Origin: Octopus sinensis
Lineage: Eukaryota
Reading direction: 5' to 3'
DNA length: 64,000 nucleotides
Assembly: GCF_006345805.1 (NCBI RefSeq)
Contig: NC_042998.1
Coordinates: forward strand, 128,402,001-128,466,000
The notes below the pieces were generated by a model, which was given only the letters and a program-made list of their open reading frames with translations, did no database searches and was not told where the DNA came from. The position numbers and the translations under genes are program-made. Positions 31,306 to 42,577 of the stretch are shown one piece after another; positions within the stretch are counted from its first letter, which is position 1, and every line of letters begins with the position of its first letter.

Positions 31306-32001
31306 ATATATATATTTATATTATATATATATATAAACACATACGTGCGTAAATATATATAAGCAGTTTTTCAGATACATATATTTCAAGTTAATCAGTT
31401 TCTTTTATACATACGCATATAAACATATTGATCAGTTTCTCATATAATGTATATACACACTGACTAGTTTATATACATATATATAATACACACACGTACT
31501 GATTAGCTGCTTTTACAATTTATATATACATTCGTAGAGTTTCTTTTATACACACACACACACACATATATACTCACGCACACGATTTCTAAGTGAGAAT
31601 TTTGTAACAAAAGCAAATAGAAAGATAGACATTCTCAAATTCTAGATCCTTAGAAACTACTTCAAATTAAGGGGGAACTGCTTTATGTTATTTTACACAC
31701 ATTTGCATAAGACATTTATATATATTTGTATCAAGGAGGGGTAACAAAGAAAATATGAAAAGCCTGAAGAAGAGGTAATGCAAACAGATACAAGAATAGA
31801 GAGAATGAAGCAAAAAAAATTGAAAACTGAACCTCCACTTTGTAACCACACAATTTCCCGACAAATTCGGCCATCTTTATCGTAACTTTTTAAGAGCGCA
31901 AGGAAAAAGTTTGCAGATTACAAAACAAGCTAAAGTACATTAAAACTACAAAGAGAAGTGAAAATTAGTCTTGCAAATAATACTATTTTAACAAAACGTA
32001 C

Positions 32002-32051
32002 CTATTCCGCTTCGAAGATGAATCACCAACGTCAATACGACGCTTAGACAT
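32002..32051 (-). CDS. DHX15: DHX15/Prp43 coding exon 1 (MSKRRIDVGDSSSKRNR)
   Basis: ATG at 32051-32049 in a CpG-rich region; MSKRR N-terminus typical of DHX15; donor AG|gtacgt; 50 nt, phase 2 matches exon 2. Confidence 0.9.
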
Positions 32052-32180
32052 TTCCACGCCACACGGAGTGGAGAAGGCGGAACATCAGAGAATTATGGGT
32101 AAAGTTTTCGACACCCTCTTCACAACGAAGTGACTTGGTAATCTACCAACAACTTCCTGTTAAGATAATATGCCTCACTA
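32052..32180 (-). promoter_or_regulatory. Probable DHX15 5' UTR and core promoter
   Basis: CpG-rich unique sequence directly upstream of the ATG; ETS-type ACAGGAAGT on minus at 32152-32160; TSS not determinable. Confidence 0.5.
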
Positions 32181-32604
32181 TAGTAACAACAACTAGTCGC
32201 TATTAAGTGTTTTCTGCTTTTTATCTGGTTTGTTTCAATTTCATTTTAACACTTGCTGTATACGAATGTTTACACGCGCATACAAAAACATAAATATATC
32301 GTTTAGTGTTGACTGTCTAAAGAAATAGTACTCGATGCCATACTAGAGATTAATATTTTATTTTGATCGAGTCAATTTTGCTTGTGGGTGCACAGTCTTA
32401 TATATATATGTTTCATGGTGAATGTATAATTGTAATGTGGTGATTGGCGATTTAAAGTCTATTCTCAGCATATTGGCATAGAAATAATTTTCTTTTGCCC
32501 TTGTTTATAATTTTCACCTTTAAAGGTATTTTACTATGCTGGCCACTTTGATGAAGATTTTTTTTGGGGGGGGGGGATTTTATCCTATATTAGAAGTATA
32601 TATA

Positions 32605-33117
32605 TCTATATATATAAAACTGTAGTTGTGTGAGTGTCTGTCCCCTTCGATTTAGATTCCTAACTACTCCCACATTTTGCGGTGCAGTTTAACCAAATTC
32701 GGGTATCTTATAGTCGTGATTCATATCGAGCCCGTCTGAGTATTAGCGCGCGTCTATGATGAGTCTACGATTTTAAAAATAATTTAACATCATTTTTTAT
32801 TCCATTTTAATGCATAATTTTTCGTTTGTCGATGGCGGCGGAGTTGGCGTCCATGGTCACACCTGCACCTGTTTGCTTCTCCCCCTTTTTCCCTCCCTCG
32901 TGAAGCTGTGGGGAAGGGAGTGTAAGGAAATCAACGTCGTAAAGCGTTGTCAAGGAGACCAGCGTTCTTTTAGAACAACGACTTCATGGCTTGAAGACAC
33001 CAAAACAGAAATGGCTAAGAAAGCCCGAATTGGCATCTATAAGGGAAGTAACTCTCTAAAAATGCTTATATAGTTATTTCCCTTACAAATCCGAGCAACG
33101 CCGGGCGATACTGCTAG
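32605..33117 (+). mobile_element. Non-autonomous Helitron, copy 1
   Basis: A|TC start (atctatatatataaaa), 3' GC-rich gcaacgccgggcg segment then CTAG|T. Confidence 0.75.
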
Positions 33118-33499
33118 TATAGATATAAAAGTGAGGTTGTGTGCTGTCTGTCTCCTACGATTTAGATTCCTAACTACTCCCACATTTTGCGATGCAGTTT
33201 AACCGAAACCGGGTATCTTATAGTCGTGATTCATATTGAACCCTTCTGGGTATTAGCGCGCGTCTACGATTTTAAAAAAAAATTTACCATCAATTTTTCC
33301 CATTTTTAATGCATTTTTGGCATATATAAGGGAAGTAACTCTAAAAATTTATTATTAAATCTCAGAACGTAAAAAGCTACAGTAACCCCCCCCCTTTGTG
33401 GTTAGCCATATTGAGATGGCTATTATACTTTACATCTTTAAAAATGCTTATATAGTTATTTCCCTTACAAACCCGAGCAACGCCGGGCGATACTGCTAG
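33118..33499 (+). mobile_element. Non-autonomous Helitron, copy 2, head-to-tail with copy 1
   Basis: Repeats the 5' block (gatttagattcctaactactcccacattttgcg) and the 3' end cgagcaacgccgggcgatactgctag; internal segment differs. Confidence 0.75.
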
Positions 33500-33725
33500 T
33501 ATATATATATATATATATATTAAAAATGGTTTACCATAGGTTTCCCGTCCATAAAGGGTTTAGCTTTATGGCTTATGGTCAGATCCCAAAAACCTGTTGG
33601 CCCATGACCGCTTAAAAATATATACTGCTCTACATCTTAGAGTTTGTTTCTTCTTTCGGATTTATGGTTTTTACAAACGATATATATATATACACACATA
33701 CTTGTGGTGTTGGAGGGGCATAAAA

Positions 33726-34258
33726 ACACATATGCACTCCGACTTTGTTTCCTTATAACTTTCAGAAAAATCGATATTTTTTAATGAAATTTCCTACAAA
33801 TTTCATTTTAGATAGTGTTGGTTCCGATTATATCTTGATTTCTTGTGGAAAATATTTTCCAATGTGATGGGGGAGTAGAGTTTAGGAAAATTCACGTGAG
33901 TCGGTTTTATATCCTCATAACTTTCTCAGAAAAATGGGTATTTTTTTTTATGATGGTGTAGATTACGAATATATTGAAATTTAATGTGGAGAAAAAAATT
34001 GGTGAGCGCGTGTACATGCATACTGATTTCACACATTACATATTTTCTACAAAATAGAATTTGAAGTTTTGTAAAAATTGTTATGTGTGCGCGCCCACAA
34101 ATTTTTTTCTTTTTTCACAGTAAATTCCGATGTAATTGAAATCTACGACATATAAAAGATGCTTGTCGAAAATTTCATTAAAAGACATCCATTTTTCTTG
34201 AAGTTATGAAGAAACAAATTGTGTGCGTGGGCGGGGAGGCACATTTGTATAGGAATGC
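33726..34258. mobile_element. Second copy of the 30.8-kb MITE family
   Basis: gactttgtttccttataactttcagaaaaa ... gaagttatgaagaaacaaatt. Confidence 0.7.
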
Positions 34259-34319
34259 ATGATAGACAGTATAAAGCAAAGACGCGCACTACAAAGACCC
34301 TAGTGAGAGAGAGAGAGAG

Positions 34320-35830
34320 ATGTATGCCAACAGCGCTGAAGATATGCAGAAACTGGTAGATAACTTTGTCAGAGCTGCAGAACAATCCAGATTGAAAATT
34401 AACATCAGAAAGTCGAATACCTTCACCAAACTGTGGGGAACCTACCTACCTTTGTAACAGAAGAAAACATCACGGATCTTTTCCTATTGAACGGCACTTT
34501 TCAACACAATTTCTAGTTAACTAAACACTTTTAAACTTCGTATACTGGTAGAATGTGTTTATAAAACATCATTTTTTCTTGGCTTTATTGAGAAAATTCT
34601 ATATGTTGTAACATATTTCGTCTTTAATTTCGAGCATTTCGGCAATTTTAACCAATCGCTGACCTCCGTTTAGGTAAATAACATTCTGTGCATAATGAAT
34701 ATGTCCCTCCTTTAAGAAACAGATTGGGTTTATTTACATTTGTGAGGAAAAAGATACCCTTCCCCCACCCCTAACCCTAACCTTAACTAACCCTAAATCT
34801 AAAATAGATTGAAATGCAATAGATCGATACTAGGGTTATAATTATGGGTGACAATTTCATACGACACCGCTATGGAAAATGGGATTTTTTTCTAGCGGTG
34901 TCAAATGAAAATGTCACCCATAATTATGGCCCTAGTATCGATCTATTGCATTTTAATCTATTTTACATTTAGGGTTAGGGGTTGGGGAAGGGTATCTTTT
35001 TTTCTTCACAAATGTAAATAAACCCTATCTGTTTCTTAAAGGAGGGACATATTCATTATGCACAGAATGTTCTTTACCTAAATGGAGGTCAGCGATTGGT
35101 TAAAATTGCCGAAATGCTCGAAATTAAAGACGAAATATGTTACAACATATAGAATTTTCTCAATAAAGCCAAGAGAAAATGATGTTTTATAAACACATTC
35201 TACCAGTATACGAAGTTTAAAAGTGTTTAGTTACCTAGAAATTATGTTACAAAGTGCCGTTCAAAAGGAAAAGATCCAACATCACTATTAGACATGGGAG
35301 GCTGGCCCAGCATTCAAATTCCTAGGCAGTATCATCTTAGATAACGCACGACTCGACTAGGAAATCTCATACAAAATGAGCAGAGCAAGTGCTTCGTTTG
35401 GCAGACTGCAGGAGAGGCTGTGGAAAAATAAGCATGTAAGGTATACCAGTTGATGGTGTTTTCTTCGCTACTGTATGGTGTTGAAACTTGGACTGTCTAT
35501 ACAGCTCAAGTAGACAAGTTAATATATATGATGAGACATGTACGACAAATAATAAATATCACTCTGTTTGATAACATCATGAATGAAGAGATCCTACTGT
35601 GTGCTGGTCTGCCTGCTATTGAATAAAATTCACGTTGGCTGGGACACGTACACAGGATGGAGAATAGCAGACTACCCAGGCAACTCCTTTATACCCAACT
35701 ATGCAAAAGGAAAAGAAATCATGGAAGACCTAGCCTGAAATTCAAAGATACTGCCAAAAGGAATATGAAGTGGGAAGAAATTCATCATAATAAATGGCAA
35801 TTTCAAGCGAAAAACCAACCAGTATAGAGA
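34320..35830 (+). mobile_element. Decayed RTE-clade LINE (RT C-terminal region) interrupted by the foldback element
   Basis: Translation gives FKFLGS, RASASFGRLQERLWKN, SLLYGVETWTVY, RWLGHVHRMENSRLPRQLLY, RGRP-like segments. Confidence 0.8.
34474..35277. mobile_element. 804-bp foldback non-autonomous DNA transposon (GG termini, 8-bp TSD; Merlin-like by those criteria)
   Basis: ~400-bp inverted arms ggatcttttcct...aggaaaagatcc; TSD aacatcac at 34466-34473 and 35278-35285; superfamily is inferred. Confidence 0.85.
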
Positions 35831-35886
35831 AAGCTGATCAAGTCTTGCCAAAGCCATATACAGTCATAATCACGACGACTGCAAAT

Positions 35887-35932
<46 letters not shown>

Positions 35933-35955
35933 TACATATTTACATATGTGTGTCG

Positions 35956-36213
35956 TTTATTATTTATTTATTTATGCGCCCTTTTCAAGCCTAGCCAGGC
36001 TCATGGGCCCAGTGTCTGTGTATGTGTTCCCCCCAGAAACAGGAAGAAAGAGTGAGAGAAAGTTGTGTCGAAAGAGGACAACAGGGGTCGCCACCACCCC
36101 ATGCCGGAGCTTCGTGGAGCTTTTAGGTGTTTTCACTCAATAAACACACAACGCCCGGTCTGGGAATCGAAACAACGAGTCCGCTGCCCGAACCACTGGG
36201 CCATTGCGCTTCC
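35956..36213 (-). mobile_element. Second tRNA-headed SINE family with (TAAA)n tail
   Basis: Minus strand gcgcaatggcccagtggtt...ttcgattccc head; tail gaaaagggcgcataaataaataa. Confidence 0.7.
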
Positions 36214-36259
36214 ACTGTGTGTTGTTTATAGCCACGGTTTAGAATAAGTACACCACTAT

Positions 36260-37495
36260 TGTAACGGGGATTCGAACACTAACCGCTAGATACTCGGTCA
36301 GGCAGTACGCAATTTTTCCCTAGAAAGGTCTAGCAACAATACATTTCCCGCAACACAAGTGACAAGGAAATCCCCTCGCGATTCCAAGTAATTGGCGTTT
36401 AAATATGACAATTTCAATGGCTATTTCCTCTTCAAATACTTCAAATCCAGATACTTATCCTCCTACCTTCGACACTTCTATTTCCTCTAACTGGCATTAT
36501 TTCGTAAGCGACTGAATGCAAAATTTAGGCTCTAACAGACAGACTCGCGCAATGGCAATTGCTTCGATTTTGCACGCTCGAATTCTTGAGGCCGAAGGAT
36601 TTCAAGAAATCGTTTATTCAGTCCTCGTGGGAGACACGACATTTTGTTCGTGTTGCAACCGTTTTAGTACTAACGCACACAAATTCACTAAATTATGTTC
36701 TTTCAAATTACCTGCTCAAATGTGGGAAAACAGCAGTTTTTATTTCCCAGTAAAGCACTTACGTCATTTCTTGGAAAGAAGAACCTTCACTGTGTATGCT
36801 GATCTCCAGTCACTAACCTACGCTTTATAATCCAAGAAGGATAAATACTCCCCAAGAGACAGCAAACACTTTGATTATATTTCACAGTTTACTGTGAATA
36901 TACGTTATGTCAATGGATCTGAAACTTTCTGCAGCAAAAGCACTCTCCCTTTTTCATATAAATGCTTTACATTCTGGATACACTTTCGTTTTTTGTTGTT
37001 GTTTTTTCTCCAGCGCAAAAAAAAAAATTATTTTTTGCAGTTCCAGAAAAAAAAGAAGAAAAAACTGCAGAACTTTGCATATCTTACGAAATCATCATAT
37101 TTACATATACATTCTTTCGGCATTTATTCTGTATTTAATGCGTTTGTGTTGGCATATTATAATATTTCCATTTGAATTCTGTTTTATTATTTCGTTCTTC
37201 TCTCTTTTACGTAAAGAACTGGGAGGGGATTACTTGTTGCAGGGATTCGAATCTAACTGCTTGATACTCGGTCGAACACCACGAGTGAGCTACCACAGTT
37301 TCACGTGATCGGTCTATAAATCGACTAATCAGCGCGAGACTGTGGCGTGATATGGTTTTCTCGAATACTGTAAAATTTGACTGCTTGTCTCTTATAAAAA
37401 CCGTTTTTGGCGCCCAACTTATCACAGGCAGTGACTGATTCGTGTACTTCTAGATATTTGCGCAGACAACTCCAGTTTCTCGGCGAGATCCATTC
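36260..37495 (+). mobile_element. Internally deleted Ty3/Gypsy LTR retrotransposon
   Basis: 5' LTR TGTAAC...CCCGCAACA (36260-36355); RNase H-like KHLRHFLERRTFTVYADLQSLTYAL*SKKDKYSPRDSKHFDYISQFT; purine tract gggagggga then related 3' LTR TGTTGCAGGGATTCGAA from about 37235, cut by the mariner. Confidence 0.8.
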
Positions 37496-37497
37496 TA

Positions 37498-38115
37498 TTG
37501 GGTTGACAACTAAGTTCAGGCCGTTTTCTTTTTTAAATTTAAGTTTTTTAAAAGCTTCAATAAAAAATAACAACTAATTAATCAATAATGTATTCACCCT
37601 TATGTTTACAACTTCTTCCCAACGTTCAACAAGATTTTCAATACCTCTTTGCTAGAAATCACCCGATTTCGACTCAAAAAATTGATCCAACCGAGCTCTC
37701 AATTCTGCTTCGGTATTGAACGAAACTCCGCGCATAGCGTTTGAAAGAGATCGAAAGAGGTGGATATCCGTTTGTGCCAAATCAAGAGAGTACGGTGGGT
37801 GTAGCTGCACTTCCCAGCCATGCGTTTGAATGGCTTCCTTGGTCATATTGGTGATATGAGGGCGGGTGTTGTCGTGCAGCAGCAGAACTCCATGCTGCCG
37901 ATTAGGTCTTTTCTCTTGAATAGCCATGTTGGGTCGTTCCATCTGTTGAACACAGAATTCCGCGTTCCGTTCAAGCAATTTGTAATGGATAATCCTTTCC
38001 CAGTCCCACCATACGCACAACATAGTTTTACGCAGATGAAGATCTTGTTTCACGCGCGGTGTCGCTGGTTTACCGGGACTAAGCCATTCCTTACGCTACT
38101 TCATATTGATGTACA
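37498..38115 (-). mobile_element. 5'-truncated mariner transposon
   Basis: ORF 37652-38053 (LCVWWD, LLHDNTRPH, YSLDLAQTDIHLF); TA followed by TIR-like ttgggttgacaactaagttc at 37496-37517; second TIR not found. Confidence 0.88.
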
Positions 38116-38810
38116 GGCACAAAAAGCTTACCAAAACTATTTATATCTGACAATCTCTTTTGTGTTTCCTGTGACAGACAATTGCTTTCTTGTGTTACTG
38201 AACAATTCCAATACTCTGCTATTGAACATTTTATTAAATTTTGTGCATGCCAATTTATATTTCTTTCAATTATTTTTCTTTTTGACTTGTCACATTTTTG
38301 TACCATATCTTGTTGTTTGCGATCGGTTACCATCTTTCCTCTTTTCTTGTGCCTGCTCCAGTTATTCTCTATTTTCGCACTGGCGTTTTTAGGGAAGTGG
38401 GGGGGGGGGCTGTAGCGAGGTACAAAGAAGACTGTCATTTTGAAACAGTGAAATTTCGCCTGCAACCATTGCCATATGCGAGACAAAAACGAGATCTCGC
38501 CTGCAACCATTATTTAAGGAAAAGGCAACATTTTCCCTCTAATTCTTCTCACGCTGACGCCGAGCAGGACTTCAAAGCCAAGAGCTCACAGCGGACTTTT
38601 GTCCCGCTGTGATATCACATGCATTGTCTCCAGAGGTTATTGAACCTCACGTGTATGGGAGAGAAGGTTAACTACGCACTGCTGTGAAGATGATTGCTGA
38701 AAGCAAACCCCTTGTATGAAGCATCTGTGAATAAACGGTTATTGAATTTACTCCACCTGAGAACTTCATTCTTCGTATTTCTAGCTCCTTGAATCAACGG
38801 AATAATTATA
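38115..38810 (+). mobile_element. 3' end of a second LTR element (PPT plus LTR from 38411)
   Basis: agggaagtggggggggggg purine tract followed by TGTAGCG; AATAAA at 38730; right end uncertain. Confidence 0.5.
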
Positions 38811-39499
38811 ATGGAAGAAGAAGAAGATATCCCCAAAGTATCATAAAAACATTCCTTCCATTATAAGTTCAAAGGGGGACAGATGAACGCAGAAAAAGGA
38901 TCTCATTTCTAGGCAGCATGCATTCACACTTCTAGCCAAATATACGTATCTAGACGTACTCCAGGCAATCAGCTCAACACTCTCAGTAATTAATCTCCAT
39001 ATGTATTGAAGTAAATGAATTCATTGAAAACTTCAAATGGTGACTTGGTTTTAATATGGAGAGCAACACACATGCTAACCAAAACACCAATCAACCGTTT
39101 CCACAGCTTCCACAAAACCGACGTGATTTCCTAATGTTGGAGTCCGCCCTCAGAGTTGTCTGCACTTGTTGACATCTAAACATAATAACATGCGCGTGTT
39201 AATTTGATACGAAGATGACAAACTGATTGCCACTGTGCTCCTGTGTATTCTAGTTAAAGGATTTTAGTCATCCTGTCATCTGCAACTAAGACTTTAACTC
39301 ACGCATGCCGTTGAGAAAGGAAACAATAAAGATATTACACTTATGTAAAGGAAGAAGGTTTTGCGCCTTTGTACCAGGATTTATCTGTTCATAACCGTTA
39401 TAAAAGTACCGTTATTTTTACTGAAGATCTTATATATATATATGACTTATTCATCATGTTGTTTGTTGGATAGATCATTGTTGAAGTAATGAGTAAATC

Positions 39500-40100
39500 A
39501 TTTTGCCGTACCGACTCCGATGGGTGATTCACTTTATGAGAATGGAAGACTGCAGAACTGCGAAGCGTGGGGACCTAAGGAGTGGAAGGCGTCCAACTAA
39601 GTATAAGCTAAGGTTTAAAAATTGGATGAAATCATTGAAGAAAGCTAGTATCTCGGAAAAGGACTGGGATGAAACTGCAACTGAACTGGCCAGATGGAGG
39701 AAAGCGATACATGTCAGAAGTAAGAACGTTGAAATAGCACAAACAAATAACGAAAAGTTGAAGAGAGATGTTAGAAAGAGTGCAGACGTGATATTTCCAG
39801 GAAATATGGATAACCAGAATGAGCAAACATGCGATGACTGTGAAAAAGTCTGCTTCAGGGTCACAAAAGAAACCAAGTACAAAAAGTTGACTTGGATTGC
39901 GCTATACGCAGCACAACAACAGGCCATGAATGCGGGAAGGTTTGTCTATCATCGGGAGGCTTGAAACGACACATGAAAGTGTATGATGACCAACAAGTGG
40001 TTCCTGTTGTTGATGGCAGTCATGCATGTAACATTTGTGCCAAAGAGCCTCGGTCACTTGCCGGCCTGAAAAGTCACACCCGTGCTGCTGACACATGAGA
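39500..40100 (+). mobile_element. RTE-clade LINE 3' coding fragment with C2H2-type zinc fingers
   Basis: RLRWVIHFMRMEDCRTAK...RPTKYKLRFK...RWRKAIH; CHECGKVCLSSGGLKRH; CNICAKEPRSLAGLKSH. Confidence 0.8.
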
Positions 40101-40357
40101 CCAATTCTAAACTGCTTCAATCGATGGCCATACTCGACAATGAGTAAGCGACCATCATGTATGTATGTATGTACACCCGACTCCACCTACAGTTGTCAAT
40201 GAAACGGAAAATGTCTCGCTAAAAATATCGTATGCAAGTGTCAAGTAATTACGAGTGCAGCTACTAGAGTTAACAATTCCAAGAGACGCTTTTATACGCT
40301 TGTCCACTCATTCAAAAACTCTAAACTGGACCATTCAACTTCACTGACCGAATACAT

Positions 40358-40495
40358 CTGGCGTGGCTGTGTGGTAAGAAGCTTGCTTCCCAACCACATA
40401 GTTCCGGGTTCAGTCCCACTGCGTAACACCTTGGCCAAGTGTCTTCTGCTATAGCCTCGGGCCGACCTAAGCCTTGTGAGTGGATCTGGTAGATA
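40358..40495 (+). mobile_element. 5' half of a tRNA-headed SINE split by the PLE
   Basis: tggctgtgtggtaagaagcttgcttccc...gagtggatctggtaga, ends at (TA)n. Confidence 0.8.
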
Positions 40496-40504
40496 TATAT
40501 ATAC

Positions 40505-42577
40505 AGTGTTGTTCAATAAAGGTTTGGCCTAGGTCAAGCAATCCGACCCCGTGGGCTCCTTTGATGTAGCGATGGGGCCCTATGACAGCGCTGACGTATA
40601 TCCTTGATACTCTTAAGAAAAAGTTCCCCTCTGTCGTCTTTGGTCTCTATCTTTGAAGAGCAAACGGCCACACACTAGACAGGCTTAGGAAAGATATAAT
40701 TAGCACACTTACCTCCATAGAATTAAAAATTACCATCGAGACCAACCTCGCCACCGCAGACTTCTTAGACATCACGCTCGACTTGGGCTCCGGTTCATAC
40801 AGGTCCTACCGCAAGCTAAATGAGAAGCTAAAGTACAACAATGCAGCCTCCTGTCACCCACCCATCGTGTTTAAAAACATGGTGAAGGGTGTTAGTAAGA
40901 GGATCACGAACCTTTTCTCCAGCCAAGAGATTTTTGATGCAGCAGCCCCCTATTATAGCGAGGCCCAAGCTGCTAGAGGGTTTAGGGACCGCATCTCCTA
41001 CATGCCAGGCATCAACATCCGTAGAAGGAAGTACCACAGAAATATCATTTGGTCCCCGCCACCACCACTATCTTAATGTTTGTAGGTAGGATATTCCTTA
41101 AGTTAGTAAACATTTCACTAGTTCACATAGCTACGGACTCATTCTCAACAGGAACAACCTTCGGGTCCCTTTTAGCTATGCCTCCAATATTAAGAGCATT
41201 CTAGTTAACACCTCTAGACCACGAGCGAAGGCAGGCTGTTCATGCAGGGACCGCAACAGATGTCCAGTAAGGGGCCACTGCGAAACCAAGGGAGTCGTCT
41301 ATGCCCCCAATATTAAGAGCATTCTAGTTAGCACCTCTAGACTACAAGCGAAGGCAGGCTGTTCATGCAGGGACCGCAACAGATGCCCAGTGAGGGGCCA
41401 CTGCGAAACCAAGGGAGTCATCTATAAAGCCGAGGTACTTGCCGACCCTAACAGCAACAGCAACATCAGCAGCTCCTCTAACAGTGACCACAGTAGCAGG
41501 GACGTCAGTACCAATAGTAGCAACAGCAGAAACGCGAAGAGAACCAACAGCACCATCGCCAGCAACAACATTAACAACAGCAATGGCAGTACTCCTAACG
41601 AAAACAGCAGCTTCCCTAATGGCTACGTCTACAGCAGCAGGCCCGGCAGTTCCAATTGCAGCAGCGGCAGTACCATCGCCAGTAATAACAACAATAACAG
41701 CAACGGCAGTATCCCTAACGGAATAACAGCAGAAACATCACCAATGATATCTACAACTGCAATGACAGTGCCTCCATCAACGGTGATAGCCATAATAACA
41801 ACAGTACCTTTGCCAACACTGGCAGTGGCGGCACCAACACCATCACCACCTCCAGTGACTCCAGCGCCAGCACCAACAGCGGTGACAGTGACGCCAACAC
41901 CAATAGATGCACCACCGCCAACGAGCAACCACGGAGATACATCGGCTGTTCCGGGAACTTGTTCAAACGACGCCTCTCCAACCACAGATCCCCTGTCAGG
42001 ATACCGGAAAGGAGATTCGTCACGTCATTAGCCAGCCATGTATGGCAGCTAATAGACGACGGGATTCCATACACATCATGGAGAATCCTAGAGAATCCAG
42101 GCCCCTACATTAACGGAATCAAACTCTGTAAATTATGCATAGCGGAACGGGTGAGGATCCTAAAGGACTCCCTCGACCCAGGAAACATCTTGAATTCCAG
42201 AACGAAGGTCTTCGGACTGCGTTTACATTTCAGGAAATTCCTGCTAACCTATTGGAACCCACGGGATAACCGGGCCACGGGTGATCGATAGACAAAGGAA
42301 CACAACTCCTATTGTTGACATCGGCGATTGATAGCCAAGAAGAGACAATCCCCTTTGTTGACATTTAGTAATGAGGCCATTTCCTCCCCCATATCCTAGA
42401 AAGGCCACTTGTTAGAGAGGCCTTTAGCCAACAAGTTTTGGGATCTGATGATACGCCATAAAGCCAAGCCACTTAAGGACGTGAAATCTAAGGTAATCTC
42501 ATAAACCAGCCTTATCTAACTTTTAATACATACTGCTCTATAACTTAGAGTGTGCTTTTTGGGGATTTATGTTTACA

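Noticed and set aside
34770-34982. Interstitial telomere or chromosome fusion scar
   Set aside because: Only a few degenerate units, symmetrically embedded in the arms of a transposon with a TSD.
37820-38612. Several overlapping 100-190 aa ORFs
   Set aside because: They span the antisense of the mariner and the T-rich 3' region and LTR of a retroelement; no coherent protein.
41629-42074. Mucin-like or hydrophobic ORFs on both strands (PTP-rich and GVGA-rich)
   Set aside because: They are alternative frames of the low-complexity stretch inside the PLE endonuclease, not separate genes.
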